The notes: generated from the sequence alone by a model not told the origin. Numbered from the stretch's first letter, positions 19,481 to 31,116 are shown. The stretch is DNA of 64,000 nucleotides from an uncultured Gemmatimonadales bacterium (GCA_963798845.1 CAWCUS010000005.1:339402-403401), one strand, 5' to 3'. Program-made: numbers and translations.

Positions 19481-19731
19481 ACAGAGAATACGACTTCAGC
19501 AGCACGCGCCGCGGCCCCATCAATGTGCCTCCGGCGGGCAAGACCCGGGTGACGATCCGGCTGGACAACGACGTCCTGGACTGGTTCCGCGACCAGGTCA
19601 ATGCGGCGGGCGGGGGCAACTACCAGACGCTGATCAACGCGGCGCTCCGCGACTACATCGGAAGGGCCGAAGAGCCGCTCGAGGAGATGCTCCGGCGCGT
19701 GGTGCGCGAGGAGTTGGGTCGCAGCGCCTGA
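19477..19731 (+). CDS. brnA: BrnA family antitoxin
   Basis: EYDFS...KTRVTIRLDNDVLDWFR...GNYQTLINAALRDY; GTGA overlap with brnT. Confidence 0.9.
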   Translation: MNREYDFSSTRRGPINVPPAGKTRVTIRLDNDVLDWFRDQVNAAGGGNYQTLINAALRDYIGRAEEPLEEMLRRVVREELGRSA

Positions 19732-19764
19732 GGCGATCCCGAATGTGCTCCCGGGCGACGGCGC

Positions 19765-20224
19765 AACGGAAGGCGCGGAAAAAGAACCGGGCCGTGGGCC
19801 GGGCTCTCGTCGCGAAGGAACTCGCTCGTATCGTCTACCATGTCCTCTCGAAGCGGGAGGACTTCAACCATCGCTTCAAAGGCATCCCGCTCCAGCGGCG
19901 GAAAAAGCAGGAGTGGCCACGTCGGTCAAGCCCGGGCAGCTAACTGGATCGGCTTTCGCCGAGTACCGCCCCGTTTGATTGGGAAGACCGACGTCGAGCC
20001 GCCGGACGTATCTGGGACCGCTCCGCAGAGCGACCGCTGAAATGAGCAGCGGTGAGCCCGAAATGGTGTTTGGACGCCACTCCACGTCCGATTCGATACC
20101 CACTCCGGCCCGGCCAGACCTGCCGTCGCTCGCGGAATCGAGAAGCGTCGCACGATCGAAAAGCGAATCAGAATCTCTGATTCCGCACAGATCATCGTGC
20201 TCCTTGACGAAGGACTTGTTAATG
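19765..20224 (+). mobile_element. IS110/IS1111-family remnant: transposase C-terminus plus about 280 bp of right non-coding end
   Basis: RKARKKNRAVGRALVAKELARIVYHVL.KREDF resembles IS110 C-termini; downstream hairpin-rich region ends in TTGACG-N-TTGTTAATG next to an attC inverse core. Confidence 0.7.
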
Positions 20225-20227
20225 GTG

Positions 20228-20758
20228 TTATCCGCTGTTGGCTCCGCTCTGCGCATCGCCTCGCCCGACGCTCCTGACCCACCGCTTCAGCACCTTGCAC
20301 GCAAAGCGGTAGTGGCTCGCCGTGTTCGCGCCAAGGTAGGTCACCAACGCGTTCGTTCCGGTCCAGCCAAACGTGCCGGGCTTCAGAAGCTCGTCCGTCG
20401 ATGCCTGCCGAGCCAAGTCCAAGACTCTTGCATGCGAAGCCTCGAGTTCTCCCCACAGTTCATCGCTCAGGCGATCCCTATGCTTCTCCTGGATGTCCCG
20501 GTTCAACCTCGGCGTTTCATTCCACCTGTAGCCAGGGGCCGGCATCGCAGGAACCCGGCCATCAAGGCCGGCGCGATGCCACCCCAGGAAGAGCGTGTGC
20601 CATTCCGTCAGGTGTGCCAGGAGGTCGTTGACGGTCCAATCCTCACCCCACACCCCTGGTTCGGAGTACCTCCGGGGGATTCTCTCCAGACACTCCCGTA
20701 GCGTAGAAAACTGGTCTTCGATATCCCGGATCAACTGCTGCTTGGACGCGTATCTCAC
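20228..20758 (-). CDS. ClbS/DfsB family (DinB-superfamily four-helix bundle) protein, cassette 3
   Basis: SKQQLI..., WTVNDLLAHLTEW...W, PAPGYRWN, NTASHY; stop TAA lies inside the GGATAAC inverse core. Confidence 0.85.
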   Translation of the reverse strand: MRYASKQQLIRDIEDQFSTLRECLERIPRRYSEPGVWGEDWTVNDLLAHLTEWHTLFLGWHRAGLDGRVPAMPAPGYRWNETPRLNRDIQEKHRDRLSDELWGELEASHARVLDLARQASTDELLKPGTFGWTGTNALVTYLGANTASHYRFACKVLKRWVRSVGRGDAQSGANSG

Positions 20759-20804
20759 TGAGATCCCCTTTGATCACCCGACTGGCGGCCAAGGAGCCAA
20801 TTGC

Positions 20805-20955
20805 GGATAACGTCTCCAGGTTGGCGACCCGCCGCGCCGATACCTCTAGCACGCGATCACCTTCGAAACAGCGGCAGCCTCACCAGCTTCAACACGGTCG
20901 CGGCGGGTTCTCCGGAGCGGCCGCAGGCCGCGCAGGCGCCAACCGTTTGTTAACC
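20805..20955 (-). mobile_element. Integron attC site (151 bp)
   Basis: Minus strand GGTTAAC-AAAC-GGTTGGCG...CGCCAACC-TGGAGAC-GTTATCC; imperfect palindrome, homologous to 21569-21719. Confidence 0.88.
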
Positions 20956-20984
20956 GCCGTGTTCTGCCCGCAGCCTGGCGGACG

Positions 20985-21281
20985 TCACCTCCGGGCCTGC
21001 CAACGCTTCGGATCGCGGCGGGAATGGAAAACGGAGAGTACCACGATCTCTTCCGCGCTCACTCTGAAGAGAATGGCATATGGGAATCGCCGAACAACGG
21101 CCCTCCGGACATCCCGATACAGAATGGGAAATCGGAGAGGATTCCGCTGGATCGCTGAGAAAGCCGCATCAATGACGCGGACGAATTCCGCTCCCAAGCC
21201 CAAGGAACGCTCCGAATACCACGCTGCGGCTTCCTCGAGTTCGGCGTCGGCCGCAGGGCGAACAACGAAGCGGCGGCTCAC
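20985..21281 (-). CDS. ParE/RelE family toxin, cassette 2
   Basis: AELEEAAAWY.ERSLGLGAEF...NPLRFP...RRAVVRRFPYAILF...VLSVFHSRRDP. Confidence 0.9.
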   Translation of the reverse strand: MSRRFVVRPAADAELEEAAAWYSERSLGLGAEFVRVIDAAFSAIQRNPLRFPILYRDVRRAVVRRFPYAILFRVSAEEIVVLSVFHSRRDPKRWQARR

Positions 21282-21502
21282 CCGTACTTCTTGTACAACC
21301 GCTCCCGGACTTCCTCCCAGGGAAGAGCAGAATCCGGGTCCGCTTCATGTTCTGCCAGCCTACGGTCCAGTTCCGCCTTCTGGGCCTCAGTTAATGGATA
21401 GGCGTCCGCGTCCGTAGCGATGCTGTCCCACAGGTCCTCCACCAACTGAATCCGCTCAGCGACCGACAGCTTGAGCAGTTCCTCGATTGGTACACTCGAC
21501 AT
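21278..21502 (-). CDS. Addiction-module antitoxin (TIGR02574-like), cassette 2
   Basis: LSVAERIQLVEDLWDSI...LTEAQKAELDRRL...P...PWEEV; GTGA overlap with the toxin; AAGGAG RBS. Confidence 0.88.
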   Translation of the reverse strand: MSSVPIEELLKLSVAERIQLVEDLWDSIATDADAYPLTEAQKAELDRRLAEHEADPDSALPWEEVRERLYKKYG

Positions 21503-21568
21503 CCGCAAGCTCCTTCCCTGAAGTCCCTTGCTCCTAATCTGCTACAGAAACGCCGAGTGGAACATGGC

Positions 21569-21719
21569 GGTTAACGTTTCCAGGTTGGCGACCCGCCCCG
21601 CCGAGGCCTCCAGCGCGAGATCACCTTCGAAACAACGCGAACCTCACCAGCACCAAGAAACTCGCGGCGGGTTCTCCGGAGCTCGCGAAGCGAGCGAAGG
21701 CGCCAACCGTTTGTTATCT
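21569..21719 (-). mobile_element. Integron attC site (151 bp)
   Basis: Minus strand AGATAAC-AAAC-GGTTGGCG...CGCCAACC-TGGAAAC-GTTAACC. Confidence 0.88.
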
Positions 21720-21748
21720 GCCGCTGGCCTCTTTCCCGATCCAGGCCT

Positions 21749-22668
21749 CTATTGCTCCGCCACCTGGAAGTAATCCGAATCAAGCCGCTTGATCTCGTAC
21801 TTCTCGACTCGGGCGACACCGACGTCGTGGTCGATCATCAAACCAGCCAGCGTTGCGCCGTCGACGAGGATGATCTTGTTGTCGATGTTCTCAGCGTACT
21901 TTGTGGCTTCAGCGGAAAAGGACGAGCTGGTGATAAAGATCCCCTTCTTCGCTCGCACCCCTTGTAGTGCACCGGCAAACTTCTGGATCTCCGGGCGCCC
22001 TACGGTCCCCTCCCACCGCTTTGCCTGGATGTCAGATGACGTCCAGGCCCAGCCGTATCCTCCTTGATGATACCGTCAATCCCTCCGTCACCTGATTTCC
22101 CGACTGCTCGTCCTGCATCGGCCCTGGATCCGCCGTACCCCATCGCTACGAGCAGTTCAACAACCAGGCGCTCGAAGAATTCAGGGGGGCACTTCGCGAC
22201 TTCGTCGAGGATATCAGAGACCAGCTTCTTCCGGATCTCTGAATAGCCGTACTCCAGGTGCTCCTCAGGCGTCAGATCATCCGCGCCCGCCGGCACCTCC
22301 TTCGAACCGGTGCCGTTCTCGGATTTGCCAGAACGGAACTCGAGGTACTCCGGGTAACCCTTCAGCTGAGCCATACCGATCGGGCCAGGATGGTTCTGGA
22401 GCAGTACCCTGCCTCGTTCGGTAATCCGATAGACGGCGCGTTGCGGTGCCTCGATCAAGCCCGCCCCCTTCAGGTGACTCTTGGCCCAAGCCACTCTGTT
22501 GACAAAGACCGGTTGCTTTCCACTCGGAAGCAGCTCCGAACGCTCTTCGTCAGTGACCTCGAAGTGCTTCGCCATGGCCTCGAGAGTATCCTGATTCGGC
22601 CTCGGCGCTCCGTCAGAAAGGTGCTCCAGAAGGGGTCTCATCAAGGACTGGAAATCAGGAATCGGCAT
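21749..22668 (-). CDS. mrr: Mrr type IV restriction endonuclease, cassette 1; two +1 indels (22056, 22033)
   Basis: MPIPDFQSLMRPLL, NRVAWAKSHL, FFERLVVELL, DGGIDG; removing the two extra bases restores KEDRLGLDVIYIQAKRW...KGIFITSS. Confidence 0.9.
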
Positions 22669-22703
22669 ATCTCATCTCATAGACTCTTATGTTGTTGGCC
22701 AGT

Positions 22704-22780
22704 GGCAGATAACTACTTGTTCCCGAACTCACGGTCGGCAATATCACACCCGCGCGTTGTATTCCCGAACCTTATGTTCG
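22704..22780 (-). mobile_element. attI-like site at the head of the cassette array
   Basis: Minus strand CGGGAAC-AAGTA-GTTATCT (L box, 5-nt spacer, core), with GTTCGGGAA direct repeats at 22720-22728 and 22762-22770. Confidence 0.6.
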
Positions 22781-25589
22781 CTAATCCCCCACCAGCCCCC
22801 CGAACACCACCCCGAACGTCCCCCAGGTCTGGCCGCGGTGCTGGGGGCGGAATCCGATGAGCACCACGCGTCCCTTGCCGTGCTCGACGCTCACCATGGC
22901 GGCTTTCTCGGAGAGGACGTCCTCGCCGATGAGCCAGCCGCTCTGGAGGATGTTCTCCTGGTCGGTGCCCTCGCCCGCTTCGGGGAAGGTGATGACGCGG
23001 TGGACGCGCTCGCTGTGGGCGCCGGGGACGGTCTCGTACGCGCGGCTGTCGCCGGTGAAGAGGACGAGGGCGCGGGCGGGCATGCCGTAGACGAGGGGGT
23101 CGGTTGTGTCCACGTCGACGCGCAGCATGGAGCCGGGGCACCAGAACTCCTTCGATGACAGGCCGTCGTTCACGACCCGGACGGGGAGGTTGAAGCCGTC
23201 AATGGCGAGGTCGCCGGCCTGGCCGAAGGTCATGAGGGTGCCGCCGTCGCGGACGAACTGCTCGAGGGCCTTCACCCCCTCGTCGCCGAAGCCGCTCCGG
23301 TACTCGGGCGGCGTGTTCTCCAGGTAGCGGGCGTAGCGGCCGGCGAGCTGGCCGGGCGCCGAGCCCGGGCCCTTCATCATCACCGGGTTGTCCGACGGCA
23401 GGACGATGACGTCGAAATCCTTGATCAGGCTGCCCTTCCTGATCCGCGCGTCGTCCAGCCCCTGGTACGGGAAGGCGAACCGCTCCAGCACCAGCCGCGT
23501 CCACCCCTCGTCCATGTTCCCGCCGTAATACCGGTGGTACAGCCCGATCCGCTGCCGCTCCACGGGCGAGGTGGAAGCGGGCTCGACGTCCAGCGCCTCG
23601 AACGAGACGTGCGTTTCCGCCGCGACCGCACGCAGCGCCGCGCCGTCGGCGTTGCCCGGAATCAGGAAGTCCCCGGTGTTGAAAAGTGTTCCTTCGTGCC
23701 CTTCGTTCCCTTCGAGCTCTTCGTGTCGACTGCTGTTCGAAGCTTCTGCGCCCGCGAACCCAGCCCGCACCCGCCGAACCTGAACGCCCCGGTCAAGGAG
23801 CCTGTTCACCGCCAGGTACGCCGCGTTCTCCCGCCCGTCGAGCCGATAGCCGTAAGAGCCCGCGGTGACCGATCCGGCTGGCTCGATCCCGGTGGTGACG
23901 TAAGGAAGCCGCTCCACGACGCGGACCTCGAAGTCGGGATGGATCACGCTGGTGCCCACGGTGACCGGGGTCCCGACGGGGACCGCTTCCACCCCCATGA
24001 ACTCCGCCATGTCGTGCGTCGCCAGGTCGTATGGCCGGATGGGGCTGCCATCGCGGTCCCGGGTGAACGCGTTGTCCGGGTAGAACGTGCGCCCCAGGAG
24101 CCAGCGGACCAGCCCGCGCTTGGGCTGCGCCATGGAGACCACCCAGGAGCCGCCGCCGTAGACGCGGCCTTCGTGGACGAAGTCGGACGTCGTCCGGCGG
24201 ACCTCGACGCCCTGCTGGAGCAGCTTGTTGACCATCTCGACGGCGGTGAGGCGGTCGTGCTGGTCGGCGGGGATGATGAAGGCGGCGACGGGCCCGGTGG
24301 GCCCGTTGTGGACGGGGGCGGCGGCGTCGCCCCGCTCGACCTGGCGGCGGGCCTTGAGGTAGTGGTTCTCGAGGACGGTGCGGCGGTTCTTCGCCGCCAT
24401 GTCGAGGAGGGCGAGCGACGCGATCTTCTGCATGTCCACGATGTCGCGCACGGTCCACCAGCCGCCCGGCCACGGGTCGGGGAACGTGTTCTGGGCGCGG
24501 TACTCCGGGATGCCGTGCTCGGGGTCGGCCTCGAGCTGGTCCGGCTGGACGAAGATCGGCCACGCCAGGTTGGCGCTGGCGGACTCGGTGAGCATGCCGG
24601 CGATGTTGTGGAAGGGCGTGATCCAGTGGAAGCCGAAGTGGCCCCAGCCGCCGTAGATGGCTGCGTTGGCGACGCCGCTCTTGCCGGCCGACTCCTCGTC
24701 GGCGGCGATGCGGGCGCCCCACCAGCTCATCTCGCGCCAGACCAGCGGGTCACCGTCGGGGCGGATCGGCTCGGCGTACGGCGGCACGTACATGCGCGGG
24801 CCGTACGCGCCCATCTGGTGGTGGTCCACGAACGCTTCGGGGACCCAGTCGCGGAACAGGATCTCGCCCGTCCACACGCTCTCGGCCGTGTTCTGCTGGA
24901 ACGCGTCCCGGTTGTTGTCGTGGCCGATGTAGGGGTGGTAGAGCCACGGCAGGCTGGCGCCCTGCCACTCCGTCCCCGCCGTCTTCCGCACCCAGTCCGC
25001 GACCATGGTGGTGCCGTCCGGGTTGAGCGACGGGAACAGGATGGCCACGTCCTGGTCCAGGATCCGGCGCATGGCGTCGTCGTCGCGGGTGGCCATGTCA
25101 TGGACCAGCTCCGCGGCGGTCTGCGTGGCCGCCACCTCCGTGGCGTGGAGGCCGTAGCTCTGGGCGACGATGGCCCGGCCGTTCTCGATGGCGTTCGCGA
25201 TCTCCGCGTCCGAGTGGCCCCGGGGGTCGGCGAGGACCAGGTTGAGCTGCCGCAGCTCCTCCAGCCGCGCCAGGTTCTCCGGCGACGAGACGAAGAGGAC
25301 GACGAACGGCTTCCCCAGCGTGCTCGGGCCCATCTCCCTCAGCATCACCCGCGGGCTGCGCTCGGCGACGAGGCGGTAGTAGGCGACGAGCTGGTCCCAG
25401 TCGGCGAGGCGGCCGTCGGCGCCCATGCGGAAGCCGAAGTGCTCCTCCGGCGACGGGATGGCGGCGGCTTGCGGGGCCTGGCGTCGCGGGGGGCGAGGGC
25501 TCCTGGGCGAGCGCGGGGGTGCCGAACGCCTGGACGAGGGTGACCACTGCGAGCACGAAAGCGGTGGACGCGAAGCGGGGGCGTCGCAT
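22781..25589 (-). CDS. Secreted M14 family zinc carboxypeptidase with C-terminal GATase1-like domain; frameshift near 25490
   Basis: LHATE, NPDG, DNNRD, DHHQMG and SDN motifs; the signal peptide MRRPRFASTAFVLAVV is in another frame, joined at a C homopolymer. Confidence 0.88.
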
Positions 25590-25976
25590 GATCGCTCCAT
25601 CAACGGTGAATGCTGTCGGGCATCGGGGATTCGGGCAGGGCCGGTCCCGGACAGGATACGGGGGCATCAATGGCGCGTCAACGAAATCCGGCGCGGAGTC
25701 ACCGGCCGCGGGAGACCGGGCGAGTGTCCGGGGCCCTCGGGCACCCCATCCGCCGCTTCAGGGGCGTGCGGCTCCTGGCTGCGGCAGGCCGCCGATCAGC
25801 CCGCCTTCACGTGCAGCGCGAACTGGCGCCCTGGGGGTCCATTCACCGGGCGACGCGGTCGCCGCCCGGGACGTCCATGGGGCCGTTGATCCACCTGGCC
25901 TCCTGCCTGACCAGGGAGCGTGGCATTGTTCCTGTATGCGCGGCCGCGCGGACCCATCCAACGGAGTGAGGCGACC

Positions 25977-27500
25977 ATGACGGCGGGCGAAGGCGAGCTG
26001 AAGGGACCGGACCTCGAGGCGGGGGTGGCGCTGAACACGCTTGCAGAGGGCGAGCCCCTGCTGGGGCATGCAGGCGGCGAAGCGGTCATGCTCGTCCGGC
26101 GAGGAGAGGAAGTGCTGGCGATCGGAGCCACGTGCACCCACTACGGCGGCCCGCTGGCCGAAGGGCGAGTCGAAGGGGAGCGGGTGTTCTGCCCCTGGCA
26201 CCACGCCTGCTTCTCGCTGCGCAGCGGAGAGCCGCTGGAGGCGCCGGCGCTCAACCCCGTATCGCGCTGGACGGTCGAGTTGGAAGACGGCCAGGCGCGG
26301 GTGAAGGGGCGGGAGGAGCCGGACCCGCTGGACAGCCGGGGGCGGAGCGCGGAAGGCCCGGATTCCGTGCTGATCATCGGCGCAGGCGCGGCCGGGAGCG
26401 CCGCGGCCGAGATGCTGCGCCGCCAGGGCTACGGTGGTCCGGTCACGCTGGTCGATCCGGAGGAGGAGGCGCCGTACGACAGGCCGAACCTGTCGAAGGA
26501 CTTCCTGGCCGGCGAGGCGCCGGAGGAATGGATCCCGCTCCGCCCCGACGGTTTCTACGACGAGCACGGGATCGAGCGCGTGCGGGCCACCGCGGAGTCG
26601 CTGGACACCGAGCGGCGGGAGGTGCGCCTCTCGGATGGCCGGACGCTCTCCTATGGCGCGCTGCTCCTGGCGACGGGCGCCCGGCCGCGACGCCTGGACA
26701 TCCCCGGCGCCGACCTTCCCCACGTCCACACGCTCCGCTCGCTGGAGGACTGCCGCCGGATCATCGAGAACGCCGACGACGCCGGCCGGGCCGTGGTCGT
26801 GGGCTCGAGCTTCATCGGGATGGAGACCGCCGCGTCGCTCCGGCACCGGGGGCTCGAGGTGGCGGTGGTGGCGCTGGAGGCGGTGCCGTTCGCCGGGTCG
26901 CTGGGCGAGGCGGTGGGGCGCTACCTCCGGGGCGTGCACGAGGAGCACGGCGTGGTCTTCCACCCGGAGCACAGCGTTCAGGCCATCGACGAGCGCGCGG
27001 TACACCTGGATGACGGGACGGAGCTCCCTGCCGACCTGGTGCTGCTGGGCGTCGGCGTGGTGCCGGACACCGCGCTGGCCGAGGCGGCAGGGCTCGAGGT
27101 GGACGACGGGGTGATCGTGGACGAGCGGATGCGGTCCAGCGCCGACGGAGTCTACGCGGCGGGAGACATCGCGCGCTTCCCCGACGCCCGGACAGGCGAG
27201 CGCATTCGCGTCGAGCACTGGGTGCACGCGCAGCGCACCGGCCAGGCCGCGGCGCGGGCCATCCTGGGCGCCGGCGAGGGGTACCACGCGCCGCCGTTCT
27301 TCTGGACGCACCAGTTCGAGGCCGGCGTGACGTACGTGGGGCACGCTTCGAGCTGGGACGATGCGGCCGAGGAGGGCGATGTCGCCGGCGGCGATGGCGT
27401 GGTGCGGCTGATGGGGGGCGGGCGGGAGCTGGCCGTCGTGGCGGTGGGGCGGGACCGGGAGAGCCTGGACGCCGACGTGGCCTTCCGGAACGAGTCGTAG
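25977..27500 (+). CDS. Rieske [2Fe-2S] plus FAD/NAD-dependent oxidoreductase (AIF-like ferredoxin reductase)
   Basis: CTHYG...CPWH Rieske ligands; GAGAAG, PYDRPNLSK, LATGA, AAGD and EHW motifs. Confidence 0.93.
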   Translation: MTAGEGELKGPDLEAGVALNTLAEGEPLLGHAGGEAVMLVRRGEEVLAIGATCTHYGGPLAEGRVEGERVFCPWHHACFSLRSGEPLEAPALNPVSRWTVELEDGQARVKGREEPDPLDSRGRSAEGPDSVLIIGAGAAGSAAAEMLRRQGYGGPVTLVDPEEEAPYDRPNLSKDFLAGEAPEEWIPLRPDGFYDEHGIERVRATAESLDTERREVRLSDGRTLSYGALLLATGARPRRLDIPGADLPHVHTLRSLEDCRRIIENADDAGRAVVVGSSFIGMETAASLRHRGLEVAVVALEAVPFAGSLGEAVGRYLRGVHEEHGVVFHPEHSVQAIDERAVHLDDGTELPADLVLLGVGVVPDTALAEAAGLEVDDGVIVDERMRSSADGVYAAGDIARFPDARTGERIRVEHWVHAQRTGQAAARAILGAGEGYHAPPFFWTHQFEAGVTYVGHASSWDDAAEEGDVAGGDGVVRLMGGGRELAVVAVGRDRESLDADVAFRNES

Positions 27501-27506
27501 CGGCCG

Positions 27507-28923
<1,417 letters not shown>

Positions 28924-28937
<14 letters not shown>

Positions 28938-30693
28938 CGGGACCTCCGGCAGGGACGCGGCGTGGCGCTCCCGCCCCGGCGAGGGGGAGTGTGAGCCTGA
29001 ACACGGCGCCGCCGCCCTCGCGGTTGGACGCGTCGAGGCGGCCATCGAAGCGCGCGATGAGGCCCTGGGCGATGAACAGCCCCAGGCCGACGCCGCTGGC
29101 GTCCGCCTTGGTGGTGAAGAACGGGTCGTAGATCCGGTCCATGAGCTCGTCGGGAATGCCGGGGCCGCGGTCGGCCACCTCGACCGCCGCCCGGACGCCC
29201 ACGCGCCGGAGCACGAGCGACACGGCGCCTCCTCCGGGCATGGCATCGCGGGCGTTCTGCGCCAGGCTGAGCAGCACCTGCTTGAGCGTGTCGGGGGGGA
29301 TGGCGAGGTCGGCGAGGGGCTCCGTCGTCACTTCCACCTGCCACCGGTCGCCGCCCGCCCGGATCAGGGCGGCCACCTGGGACACGACCTCGTGGGCGTC
29401 CGCGCGCGAGGCGCCCGGGTCCATGGGCCGATTGAGGTCGAGCATCTGCTCCGCCAGCTCGTGCATGCGGAGCAGCTCGTCGATGGCCAGGTCCGCGAAG
29501 CGCCGCCCTTCCGGGTCGTGCGTCATGCGCCGGTGGACGACTTCCAGGCAGTTCCGGATGTTGGCCACCGGGTTGCGGATCTCGTGCGCCAGCTCCGTCA
29601 CCAGCCGTCCGCTCGCCGCGAGCCGGTCCCGGCGGATCAGCTCCGACTGGAGCGCCCGCAGCCGCTCCTGCCGCTCCGCCAGCTCCTCGTTCGCGCGCGA
29701 CAGCTCGTCCAGCCGCGAGCGCAGCGACGCGCGCATGCGCGCGAACGCCCGCGCCATCCGGTCCACCTCCTCGATCGCCGAGCCGGACAGCGGTGCGTCG
29801 AAGTCGCCGCCGGAGAGGCGGTCCGCCGCCGTGGCCAGCCCGCGCACCGGTCGCGACACGGTGGTGGCCAGCACGGCGCCGAGCGCCAGCGCCACCCCGA
29901 GCGCCAGGAGGAGGGCAAGGAGCGCTCCCCTGCGCAGCTCCGGCAGCAGCGCCAGCTCGCTCGCCCTGTCCGCCGCGAACACCACGCGTCCCACGGTGCC
30001 GAGCGGGGCCGAAGCCACCCAGAAGCGGCGCCCGCCCACGTCCAGCTCCCGCACGCCGTCCACGGCCGCCAGTCGAGCCTCCCCGTCCGCCAGACCCCGG
30101 GCCACCGCCTCGTCCATGGTGCTCGCCACCACGCTGTCTCCGGCGACGATCGTCACGTCCGCCGCCGTCAGCCCCGCCAGCGTCCCCGCCGTGGTCGCAT
30201 CCACCGGCGAAGCCACGCCCGCGGCGCCCAACCATCGGCCCTCCGCTTCCACGGGCGCCACCGCCAGCGCGTACAGCGCGCCGTCCCCGGGCACGAACGC
30301 CACCGGGGCGTGGCCTTCCCGCGTCGCCCGCAGCTGCGCGGCGTCCGGCGACGGACCGGCCACCGTCTCCCCGTCCGGTGACACCAGCACCGGGACTTCG
30401 CCCGCCGGCGCCGCACCCCCGACCAGAGCCCGCGCCTCGGCCATGCGGCCGGCCCGCAGCGCGGCAGCCAGGCCGTCCGTCCCCGCCACGTCCTGCGCGT
30501 GCATCATGAGCGCGTCCGCCCGCGCTGCGTTCCGGTCCTCGAGCACCATGGGGCCCCGCCCCAGGTCCTCCTTCGCCGACGCCTCCAGGCGCCCGCGCAG
30601 CGTCCGGTCCAGCGCCAGCCCGGCCGGCAGCAGCCCCAACATCACCACGGCGGTGAGTCCCAGCAGCAGCGTCTGTCCGATCTTGAGTCGCAT
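28924..30693 (-). CDS. HAMP-domain sensor histidine kinase
   Basis: Two TM segments, HAMP; H-box LAHEIRNP, N-box QNARDA, DRGPG, PFFTTK and GVGLGL. Confidence 0.93.
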
Positions 30694-31116
30694 GCCTGCT
30701 CCGTGTGCCACATCCGCGCCGGGCGCCTCCCGCGCCTTCGCGCATCACTTCAACTGAACGCTCTAACGATATGTGGCCCTGTGTATTACTGCGTTCAATT
30801 CGCGCCAGTCACGAGCCCGCGTCGCCGGTCGCGCTCCGGGTGGAGACGAGCGAGACCGGCCGATGGAACGGCCGCCGGCGTTTCAACAGTGTTTCCTCGC
30901 GCCCTCCGGCGAAACACCCACGTGTTGCGTGAAACGAGCGTTGCGCGCCGGGGAAGCGCCGGCGAGAGCCGGCCAGCCCGTTGGTGGGAAAGGGGTTGCG
31001 GAGCTCCGAGGCGCGTGTGTGCCGGGGCGGGGGCCGGCACGGCTGCGGCAGGGCGGGTCCGGCGGCTAGATTGCCGCACCGGATTGCTCGAGTTCACGGA
31101 CCACGACCCGACCACA

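Noticed and set aside
19765..20224. Group IIC-attC intron in the third attC
   Set aside because: The residual peptide resembles an IS110 C-terminus rather than a reverse transcriptase or maturase, and I could not identify a domain V motif
20805..21719. The two 151-bp repeats as ncRNA genes or MITEs
   Set aside because: Core/inverse-core pairing with the cassette starts explains them better as attC sites
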